Shown piece after piece: positions 30,162 through 37,733 of a DNA stretch of 64,000 nucleotides. The notes under the pieces are model-generated. The model searched no databases, was not told where the DNA came from, and worked only from the letters and a program-made list of their open reading frames with translations. The stretch is from an uncultured virus (IMG/VR IMGVR_UViG_3300032288_005212) (Duplodnaviria; Heunggongvirae; Uroviricota; Caudoviricetes), in IMG/VR virus record IMGVR_UViG_3300032288_005212, positions 1 to 64,000 of that record, one strand, 5' to 3'. Every line of letters starts with the position of its first letter. The stretch's first letter is position 1. Both the position numbers and the translations under genes were made by a program.

Positions 30162-31036
30162 ATGTCACACGTAGCCTTTGAACTTCGCAACGAACGCAGC
30201 AACATAGACTGGGCCGTATATATCGACGGCAAACACTGGAAAACCTTTCCGGGCGATCGCCACCTTGCAGAATACAAGGTCAAGGAAATGTGCAAGCGGA
30301 AGACCGCCGAGACTGGCCGTCGTTGGGATGTGGTCGCTGTCCACTGGTAATATTACCGCTTGACGGCGAGCGATTGATCCGCCATACTGTGCCCATGTTC
30401 AACGGAGATCAGACAATGCAAAACGAAATCCGCGCTGCACAATTCCAAGCCGCACAAGCCAGCTTGGCCGCCTTTGACTGCTACCGCACTGCGAAGCGTG
30501 AGATCATCAAGGGAGATCGCCAGATCGGCCAGCTCTGGAGCCGGTGGGGCGATATGCTGATGGCGATCAACGCGAAGGCGAACGATGACATTCGTTTTCT
30601 GGAATGGGCGCAAAGCATGGAAGAAGCCTACGTTGACGGGTACTATGGGGAGTGATTATGAGAATCGGAAAACTGCCGAACCGCGGCATAGTTGACAAAC
30701 TACTAGTAATAGTTCAAGGCCTGGCAACAGTGGCGGATGGCCTAATCATGATCGGCAGCTTCGGATTCTATGGTTCGATGATGTCGATGGATATTTCACG
30801 GTATCGTGCATGGCGCATGATTCAGAGAGGCAGAAAAAATGCAGTGTGAACACCAGTTCAAACCCGGAAAGATTGTAATCGGCACGCCAACAAATGGTAG
30901 CAGTTACAATCCGAAAATGTGGGGCCGTGGCGAAGGCATCTGGCTCGATGGTCGAAAGGCCAGGCTAGTTCCATGCGAAAAGTGTGCCAAGTGTGGTAAG
31001 ACTCTTGTAGACCATAATTTGTACTACGGCTGGTAA
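30162..31036 (+). CDS. Four small pre-early ORFs (30162-30350, 30416-30655, 30652-30849, 30839-31036)
   Basis: SD sequences, coupled overlaps, own promoters at 30108-30136 and 30360-30388. Confidence 0.55.
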
Positions 31037-31039
31037 ATC

Positions 31040-31055
31040 TGGCACGCGTCTTGCA
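31040..31055 (+). promoter_or_regulatory. sigma54 -24/-12 box
   Basis: TGGCAC-GCGTC-TTGCA. Confidence 0.7.
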
Positions 31056-31064
31056 GGGCGAGGC

Positions 31065-31095
31065 CCTAGGTAGTTGTTGCGAATTATTCTCATTT
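31065..31095. repeat. CCTAGG-N4-Fur-like palindrome, copy 2
   Basis: CCTAGG tagt TGTTGCGAATTATTCTCATTT. Confidence 0.85.
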
Positions 31096-31236
31096 AGCGC
31101 GCTTGACAAAAAGGCGCGCTTCGCGCCAACGCGTGCAAAATCAAGAGTAAATTTTATGTACTAAGTCACAAATAATTCTTGACTCCTGGGATTGTCAGTC
31201 TGTATAATGGCGACTTCAGCAATGGAGATCGAAACG

Positions 31237-31461
31237 ATGCATCACTACACTGAAACTCTGGAATCTGGCAACTGGCTCATCGAACTCAGCCCGACCACTG
31301 AATACGGGTATTTTGAGAATCAAAAAACCGGCAGCGGTGGCGGCCTTTGGTTTGAAGGAAACGAGCTGGTAGACTATGATGGTGTTCTGTCGCTGCCAGT
31401 AGCAGTTGCAAGCGCGCTCACTGGCGCTGGATATGTACTCGGAGAGGAGTTTTTTGCGTGA
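31237..31461 (+). CDS. Hypothetical phage protein
   Basis: GGAG SD; YGYFE....G.GGLWF....LVDYDGV motif; promoter TTGACT-18-TATAAT at 31179-31208. Confidence 0.6.
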   Translation: MHHYTETLESGNWLIELSPTTEYGYFENQKTGSGGGLWFEGNELVDYDGVLSLPVAVASALTGAGYVLGEEFFA

Positions 31462-31859
31462 AACTGGTTATCAGTAAAAAGTTCCCGAGAGCCGTTCGGA
31501 GAATAATCCGAGCGGCTATCGCTGCAAGTAATGCACACGCTCCGATGAACGTGAGAACTCTTATTGTAAAACCTACAAAAGGTCACGATTATCACGGACT
31601 AGCGAAAGAAAACGAAGGTGTGGCGATTATTGAAATCTGCCATACTGAGCCCGATTATCTCGATACTGTATTTCATGAATGCTACCATATTTATCAATAC
31701 TCGCAGGGTATTGTAAAATCAGAATATAATGGATTTAAATGGCGCGGTGTTTATATTCCGCTGTTTCTTTACAATATGTTTCATTCGTTTGTGCCTTTTG
31801 AAATATCAGCAAAGGCATATGCTAAGAAAATGTGCAAAAAGGTGGAGGCATTGCAATGA
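31458..31859 (+). CDS. Zincin-like metallopeptidase
   Basis: TVFHECYHIYQ (HExxH)...PFEISA. Confidence 0.7.
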   Translation: MKLVISKKFPRAVRRIIRAAIAASNAHAPMNVRTLIVKPTKGHDYHGLAKENEGVAIIEICHTEPDYLDTVFHECYHIYQYSQGIVKSEYNGFKWRGVYIPLFLYNMFHSFVPFEISAKAYAKKMCKKVEALQ

Positions 31860-32065
31860 TTCGAATTACTGCAGCATATGGGCGCAATTACTATTCCGCT
31901 GAAATTGTGCGTCAAGATTGGGAAAGCGATAAAGACTTTCGAATGATTGACGGCGGCGGATATATTAATCGCTCCGATTGGCTAAAATATAATAAAGGGT
32001 TGGATAGCATTGTGTTTTCTAATGGTGTGGTATTAATGCACCTTGAGCATGGTGTACTTCCATGA
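31856..32065 (+). CDS. Hypothetical protein
   Basis: GGAGG SD; AYGRNY.S...DW...KDF motif. Confidence 0.55.
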   Translation: MIRITAAYGRNYYSAEIVRQDWESDKDFRMIDGGGYINRSDWLKYNKGLDSIVFSNGVVLMHLEHGVLP

Positions 32066-32073
32066 TGGAGGTA

Positions 32074-32107
32074 CCTAGGTGCCAAATGAGAATAATTCTC
32101 ATTTGGC
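32074..32107. repeat. CCTAGG-N4-Fur-like palindrome, copy 3 (perfect 13-1-13)
   Basis: CCTAGG t GCCAAATGAGAAT-A-ATTCTCATTTGGC. Confidence 0.9.
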
Positions 32108-32210
32108 TGTCACTGCGCCAAATAGCGTGCAAAATCAAGAGTAAAAATTCACACTTGAACCTGGGCGGTGAGATGCTATACTGCTCAAGTCTAAACCGGA
32201 GAGCCAAACC

Positions 32211-33535
32211 ATGATGACTCGCTCGCAACACGCCGAACTCGCCGCAGAAGTCGCTGAGGCCGTAGTAAAGCCCACGCAAACCGTCGGGCAGGTGGCAGAG
32301 CATATTTTTAATGCGGCTGAAGTCATGCGGAACATTATGCTTGATTCCGCAAACATGACGCAGCAGGAACTGCACGGGCATATCCAGTTTGCAACCGAAT
32401 TGCAACGTGCATATGTACGTCGCGCAACTATGCTGGGGATACTCTGATGCTGTATAATCTCGGCACACTGGTAATGCTTTTTACTGGCATACTAGTCTCG
32501 GGGTATGTTGCTATAAAAATGCTCGAACACTACTTTGGAGAGTAAAACATGAATTTTTCGATGACGATTGAGAATGCTACGGTTTCGACTGTCGTTCGGA
32601 ACGAATACGAAATTATTCGGCATATCGAAGCCTGCTTTCTCGCGGCTGGATATGACTCCGATACTTTTGCTGAGTATCTGGCACACTATCTGGAGCTTTA
32701 TCATGAGATGACGGTACTTCCGGAAAAAGAGTACACGCAGGCGCTCGCCGAAGCTCGGGAGGAAGCCTATGATGAAGGTTTCGATGATGCTACTGCCGAA
32801 AAAAAGGAAGAGGCAGAATATGCCTGCAATTGCCCGATGTGCAAAGATCCCGTCGCCTATGATGCGGGCTGGAATGATGGATTCCAAGGCGAAGAAAATC
32901 TCGACGAAGATATGGCAAAAATTCCCGCCTATATGGTAGGATACGAGAATGGAAAGATCGACCGAGAAAAAGGCCGCTACAATGGCGAAGCAATCTGAGG
33001 AGTAATGATATGATCATCACGCGTATGTCGATTTTCTCTGGCAAGATTCACTCTTGGGATATTCCGGTAACGGAAGAGCAGATCGATCGCTGGCAGCGCG
33101 GTTGTCTGATTCAGAATGCGATGCCGCACTTGACTGCGGATCAGCGAGAGTTTATTATGACGGGCACCACTCCTGATGAGTGGAATCAAATGTTTGGGGA
33201 GGATGCAGCCTAATGCACGCTTTTCAAATGAACTACGGTACAGTGGATATGGGAATGAATAAATATACACGGGCCGCGATTGCTTTGGGCGCTACCGTCG
33301 AGGACGGTATAAACTGGACGTGGGCAAATCATTTTGCCACGCGAGAGCTGGCTCAGGAATTTATCAATATGTTTCCTGAGATGGAAACACGCGGCATCTA
33401 TACTGATAGCCCGGGCTTTTCTGTGAGGTTTCGATGAAAAATCCTGTAGCAAAGTTTAGCCGCCAGGTCAACCGATCGGCGGTTCAGCGGGATCGTAAAA
33501 AAGCCGCAAAGCGCGGATATAGGAAACACAAATGA
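32211..33535 (+). CDS. Five small pre-early ORFs (32211-32447, 32549-32998 acidic, 33010-33213, 33213-33437, 33434-33535 basic MKNPVAK...RKHK peptide)
   Basis: GGAG SDs, coupled stops/starts; 33010 ORF has the IQNAMPHLTADQREFIMTG phage motif. Confidence 0.6.
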
Positions 33536-33867
33536 GAAACACAAAAAACTATCTTGCACTCGGGCACGATATTGAAGAAAACTTTTTCTTTATAAAGATT
33601 GGGTTATCTGATGACCCCGAAGAACGTGTATCTAAACTCAGAATGAAACTGCTACACGTTTGGGAAAACATATGGATATCTGATGGCGACTACTCTTGCA
33701 CAGTAGAAGCTTTTTTCTTAAAAACTATGGGTTACTCTCATTATACTTATAGTAACCATAAATTTTCAGGGTCATCCGATTGCATTGGAAGATTTAAAAC
33801 AAAAGAAGAAGCTTTATTCATTGGCAGGCAAATGGTAAAGTTTATTTTATCCCTTCAATATGACTAG
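33532..33867 (+). CDS. GIY-YIG / T5orf172-like protein
   Basis: FIKIGLSDDPEERV..L motif; AT-rich relative to flanks. Confidence 0.55.
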   Translation: MRNTKNYLALGHDIEENFFFIKIGLSDDPEERVSKLRMKLLHVWENIWISDGDYSCTVEAFFLKTMGYSHYTYSNHKFSGSSDCIGRFKTKEEALFIGRQMVKFILSLQYD

Positions 33868-33878
33868 GGCAGAAGGCC

Positions 33879-33934
33879 CGATGCGACCCATTCGCATCGG
33901 CGACCTAGGTCGTTGTTGAGAATCATTCTTATTT
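33879..33934. repeat. Double Fur-like boxes flanking one CCTAGG (copies 4 and 5)
   Basis: CGATGCGACCCATTCGCATCG-N4-CCTAGG-N4-TGTTGAGAATCATTCTTATTT. Confidence 0.8.
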
Positions 33935-33949
33935 CCGCGCGGAGCGCCA

Positions 33950-33978
33950 ATTATAGCGTGCAAAATCAACGGCGTCAA
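33950..33978 (-). promoter_or_regulatory. Leftward sigma70 promoter with GC-rich discriminator
   Basis: TTGACG-17-TATAAT-TGGCGC. Confidence 0.75.
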
Positions 33979-34009
33979 GTGTAAATGTGTGTAATATTGC
34001 ACAAACTCC

Positions 34010-34040
34010 AAATGAGTCTGGTTCTCATCTCGCACCTAGG
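34010..34040. repeat. Fur-like box-N4-CCTAGG, copy 6 (inverted)
   Basis: AAATGAGTCTGGTTCTCATCT cgca CCTAGG. Confidence 0.75.
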
Positions 34041-34267
34041 GCGCGCCCCTGGCGCTTGTCAATAGGAAATATTTCACATTCCTGGGGGTGGATCTGCGGG
34101 CGGGGAGGCCTCATAATAGCGGCTTCTGGTGAGGGTTCACCGGAAACCGAAAGGGGAAGTCAATGGCAATATTCACACAAATTCGGAATGCGCTGCGGTC
34201 ATTCTTTCGGGTACAATGTGAAACATCGGTGGGGCAGTGTGCTTCACCCAAATCGGAGAGTAAAACT

Positions 34268-34579
34268 ATGTCGCTCTACACTGAGTCGATGGTGTCGGAA
34301 CTGATGGCTCGCGCGAGCTGGTCGTATGATGACGCGGTTGCGTTCGCTGAGAAGCATTCCAGCGTGTCGGTACGTTCGGTTATCAGCAAAATCAAGTCTC
34401 TGAAGCTGGACTACACCGCGAAGCCGAAAGCTGCGACGGCGAAGACTGACAAGGTGCGGAAGTCGGAGATCGTGGGCGAGATCGCACTCGCGCTCGGTAT
34501 TCAGGCTGACGCAATCTCGGGCCTTGCCAAGGCTGACGCCGCTTGCCTTCGCGTTCTTCTGGCGAAGGTTGCGGGCTAA
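34268..34579 (+). CDS. T5 A2-like small DNA-binding protein, paralog 1
   Basis: YT..M......SVRSVISKIKSL.LDY...VRK.EIV.EIA...I.GL.KAD resembles T5 A2/D3-type proteins; GGAG SD. Confidence 0.65.
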   Translation: MSLYTESMVSELMARASWSYDDAVAFAEKHSSVSVRSVISKIKSLKLDYTAKPKAATAKTDKVRKSEIVGEIALALGIQADAISGLAKADAACLRVLLAKVAG

Positions 34580-34779
34580 TGGTTCGGGTCGCTGCCATCT
34601 TGGGAACCGGGGCAATGTGCATTGCCCCCTTTTTCATCGACACGCTTCCTGGCAAATTGTGTGCCATATGCGGCCTGTTACTTTTGACAATACAGGCACT
34701 TGATCTGCGCGCTTACAATCTGGTACTCTTAAATCTGGTCGGCATTGCTGGCTACACTTTTTCAAGCATGGGAGCCTAG
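34579..34779 (+). CDS. Small membrane protein
   Basis: Hydrophobic; TAATG coupling. Confidence 0.55.
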   Translation: MVRVAAILGTGAMCIAPFFIDTLPGKLCAICGLLLLTIQALDLRAYNLVLLNLVGIAGYTFSSMGA

Positions 34780-34782
34780 AAT

Positions 34783-35259
34783 ATGTACCGCTCGATTTTT
34801 GATCTCGATGGGACTGTAATCGATTCCACACACCGCCACGCTACGCTGCCTGATGGGTCGCTTGATCTGGCACATTGGATTGAAAATTCCACGCCTGAGA
34901 AAATCGCTGCGGACTCTTTGCTGCCGCTTGCCGATTATATGCGGATGTTCTTCCCGCATCACGAGGTGCTGGTATGCACTGCCCGCGTGATGGGGGAAGC
35001 CGATTACGAATTTTTGTTCGATAACGGATTGCAGGCTGATGCGATTCTTTCGCGCCCTGCTGGCAACCGTCTGCCGGATGGGTTCCTTAAGGAAATGCTG
35101 CTGCGCGATCATGCAACACGCCGCGGCCTTACTTGGGTGGAATTTGTAAAAAATACCACGATCTTCGATGACAACGCTTCTGTGCTTGACACGCTCGGAC
35201 GGGTTGGAATTCGGACGATCTGCGCCCGCACTCTTAACCGGGTGCTGGCGGAGGACTGA
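34783..35259 (+). CDS. HAD-superfamily phosphatase (possible nucleotidase, T5 Dmp analogue)
   Basis: FDLDGTVIDS motif I, VCTAR motif II, K and FDDN motifs III/IV. Confidence 0.8.
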   Translation: MYRSIFDLDGTVIDSTHRHATLPDGSLDLAHWIENSTPEKIAADSLLPLADYMRMFFPHHEVLVCTARVMGEADYEFLFDNGLQADAILSRPAGNRLPDGFLKEMLLRDHATRRGLTWVEFVKNTTIFDDNASVLDTLGRVGIRTICARTLNRVLAED

Positions 35260-35270
35260 CACCGACCAGG

Positions 35271-35307
35271 TGCTGCGAATGGTTCTCATTCGCATTGCCG
35301 CCCTAGG
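35271..35307. repeat. Fur-like hexamer array-N4-CCTAGG, copy 7 (inverted)
   Basis: TGCTGCGAATGGTTCTCATTCGCATTG ccgc CCTAGG. Confidence 0.75.
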
Positions 35308-35405
35308 TCGCCGACCTGGGCGTGTCAATAGGAAATAATACCGCTTAACTGGGATGTGCATCATGGTATACTCCACGTCCCAACTACTGCTCGGGAGAGC
35401 ATTTC

Positions 35406-36125
35406 ATGGCTAAAAAGCAATTCTATCTGATCATCGATACCGAAACGACAATCGATGAAAAAGTCGCAGATTTCGGTGCCGTTATCGTTGATCGGAAAGG
35501 CCGCATTGCTGCCCAATGTGGAATTCTCATTAATGGCATTTACAATGATCGGGAAAACCATCCGCTCTTTTATAATGAATACTCGGGCGACCTTTGGAAA
35601 AAGTCGAGCCTTGATAAGCGATATAATAACTATTCGGCAATGCTCGCCAACGGTTCCCGTATGCTCGCATCAATTCCTGCGATTAATACTTGGCTCGCAA
35701 AAGCGGCAAACAAGTTTAATCCCACACTGACCGCATATAATCTGGCATTCGATCTCGGTAAATGCGTCAATACTGGAATTGATCTTTCCTATTTCGAGAA
35801 TCGGTTTTGCCTTTGGCACGCTGCATTTAATAAATGGGCGCATACTAAAAACTATCGCAATTTCGCTCTACAAATGCACGCTTTTAATGCTCCGACTAAA
35901 TTGCAAAATATGTCGTTTAAAACGAATGCGGAAACAATGGCACGTTTTATTACTAATTCGCCCGATATGCCTGATGAACCGCATACCGCACTCGAAGACG
36001 CAATCTATTATGAATTGCCAATTCTGAAACGATTAATCGAAACGACAGAGCGTAATGTATTTATGAATCCCGAGCCTTTTGACTGGCGCAAGGTTCAGGT
36101 CAAAGATTGGTTTACCGCTAAATAG
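35406..36125 (+). CDS. DEDDh 3'-5' exonuclease
   Basis: IIDTET, AYNLAFD and EPHTALEDA motifs. Confidence 0.9.
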   Translation: MAKKQFYLIIDTETTIDEKVADFGAVIVDRKGRIAAQCGILINGIYNDRENHPLFYNEYSGDLWKKSSLDKRYNNYSAMLANGSRMLASIPAINTWLAKAANKFNPTLTAYNLAFDLGKCVNTGIDLSYFENRFCLWHAAFNKWAHTKNYRNFALQMHAFNAPTKLQNMSFKTNAETMARFITNSPDMPDEPHTALEDAIYYELPILKRLIETTERNVFMNPEPFDWRKVQVKDWFTAK

Positions 36126-36233
36126 GTGACATATGACAGAATTGGAAACTTTGAAAATGCGAATGGAAATTATTCGGACGGTTTGTCCGATTCTTTCCCT
36201 CATCCTTCAATTGATAATTCTGGGGCGTTTGAT

Positions 36234-36644
36234 ATGAAAATATCTAAATCCTTTCGCAATTCGCAACGCAAAATAATCGAGGCGGCTGTTAAAAATAGCC
36301 GCCTTGATTTGAATCTGCCCGATCTGCGCGATATTAAAGTAAAATCGAATAAATCAAAATCGCTCGACGGTTGGGCTGATGTTTCAAATGGGTATGCGGT
36401 AATTTCAATTAATCGCCGATTAAAAGGCGCGGAATTGTTTTGCTGCGTTGCACATGAAATGGTACACGTTAGCCAATTACTATCCGGCCGCCTTGTAACT
36501 GCCGCTCCGAATCTTTTTATCTGGAATGGAAAGGTTACGCGATTAACGGAGGAAAAAATGGCTAAAATGAATCCCGCAAAATATCGGGCATTGCCTTGGG
36601 AGCGGGAAGCATATTATTATGGCGATTCTTTTTTGGGAGATTAA
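36234..36644 (+). CDS. Zincin-like metallopeptidase (paralog of 31458)
   Basis: VAHEMVHVSQ...Y..LPWEREAY. Confidence 0.75.
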   Translation: MKISKSFRNSQRKIIEAAVKNSRLDLNLPDLRDIKVKSNKSKSLDGWADVSNGYAVISINRRLKGAELFCCVAHEMVHVSQLLSGRLVTAAPNLFIWNGKVTRLTEEKMAKMNPAKYRALPWEREAYYYGDSFLGD

Positions 36645-36647
36645 AAC

Positions 36648-36794
36648 ATGGGACCGTGGCTTGTTTTGTTTGTCGGTTTGATTTATTTAATTATTGCGGC
36701 GGATTTTGCCTTTCGGAATAATAACTGGTGGATGGCATCCGTTTATTTTGGATATGCGTTTGCCAATGTGGGGCTTTTTCAAATAGGGAAATAA
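36648..36794 (+). CDS. Small 2-TM protein (48 aa)
   Basis: Hand translation MGPWLVLFVGLIYL...FGYAFANVGL; GGAG SD. Confidence 0.55.
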   Translation: MGPWLVLFVGLIYLIIAADFAFRNNNWWMASVYFGYAFANVGLFQIGK

Positions 36795-36822
36795 TACCGC
36801 TTGACGCCAGGAGGGCGCGGGC

Positions 36823-36853
36823 CCTAGGTAGATGATGCGAATCATTCTCATCT
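36823..36853. repeat. CCTAGG-N4-Fur-like palindrome, copy 8
   Basis: CCTAGG taga TGATGCGAATCATTCTCATCT. Confidence 0.85.
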
Positions 36854-36871
36854 CGCTCCTAGCTTGCGCCT

Positions 36872-36887
36872 AGCAAGAACCATGCCA
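36872..36887 (-). promoter_or_regulatory. sigma54 -24/-12 box (minus strand)
   Basis: TGGCAT-GGTTC-TTGCT. Confidence 0.65.
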
Positions 36888-36915
36888 ACATTTGTGGGAA
36901 TAATGCCAGCGCTTC

Positions 36916-37104
36916 GCGCCAGCCAGAGTGGGAAATCAATGTCAAGTTGCGTACGTGCAATTTTATTGGGAATTTTTCACATACTTGTCTCCGCGCCAGC
37001 GTACCACAGTGCGAAATCAATGTCAAGTAAGAAAGACAAAGAACATATGTGAATTTTTCTCAGGTCTGCGCCATTATACGAGTGCGAAATCAATAATGTC
37101 AAGT
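36916..37104 (-). repeat. Three tandem ~76-bp units, each a leftward sigma70 promoter-like element
   Basis: GCGCCA...AGTG(C/G)GAAATCAAT..GTCAAGT at 36916, 36993 and 37068. Confidence 0.8.
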
Positions 37105-37225
37105 AATTTCCACACAGAATAAATGTGAATATTACAGCAGTCTTCCGCTTGCGTTTTCTCCTGCCAGCCTTCATAATACTCTTGTTGTTGAGGCAGTCCC
37201 TAGTTCAAATTCAATGGAGAAATAT

Positions 37226-37522
37226 ATGAGTGCTTATTCTAATTCGATGGTCACCGAGCTCTGCGCCTCCGCGCACACTTATGAAAGCGCAGCAGCTTTT
37301 GCTAGCAAGCACAATCTGTCGACGCGCAGTGTTGTGAGCAAGATCAAGTCGCTTGGCCTGGACTATAGGAAAAAAGAAGTAGTTTCTGTTAGCCAGACGC
37401 GGATTCGGAAGGCTGACGTGGTTGCAGAGATTGCCGCCCGGCTTTCGCTTGACAGCGAAAAGTTGGCGGGGCTGGGGAAAGCGGACGCTGCTAGTTTGCA
37501 GCAGCTTTTGAAAGCTATTTAA
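37226..37522 (+). CDS. T5 A2-like small DNA-binding protein, paralog 2
   Basis: Clearly alignable to the 34268 ORF (STRSVVSKIKSLGLDY, IRKADVVAEIA, GLGKADAA). Confidence 0.65.
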   Translation: MSAYSNSMVTELCASAHTYESAAAFASKHNLSTRSVVSKIKSLGLDYRKKEVVSVSQTRIRKADVVAEIAARLSLDSEKLAGLGKADAASLQQLLKAI

Positions 37523-37525
37523 AGC

Positions 37526-37552
37526 AAAAGCCGGCATTTGCCGGCTTTTTTT
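37526..37552 (+). terminator. Intrinsic terminator
   Basis: AAAAGCCGGC-ATTT-GCCGGCTTTTTT. Confidence 0.85.
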
Positions 37553-37733
37553 ATATTTGTCCACTTTTGGCAAAAAAACTTGACTTTTTTGGGCTAGAAA
37601 GCCCGCCACCGAGTTGCAATCCGTTTTCCCCCAGCTACCCCTCTTCGAGGGAAAATTCTGAATACCTATTCGAAAAAACTTGACTTTTTTTGCTCATGAT
37701 GATATAATATATACTTTTTTGGAGGGTCTAAAA

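Noticed and set aside
30004-36853. Integron attC sites or REP elements
   Set aside because: No GTTRRRY/RYYYAAC ends or long imperfect attC stems, and no integrase or RAYT gene seen.
36916-37104. Possible mini-CRISPR array (three repeats with ~76-bp period)
   Set aside because: Repeats are degenerate, non-palindromic and resolve as sigma70 promoter elements; no cas genes in the window.
29004-37609. Minus-strand ORFs in the GC-rich island (e.g. 29329-29985, 34762-35376)
   Set aside because: Antisense to plus-strand genes that have promoters, SDs and recognisable motifs; high GC lengthens shadow frames.
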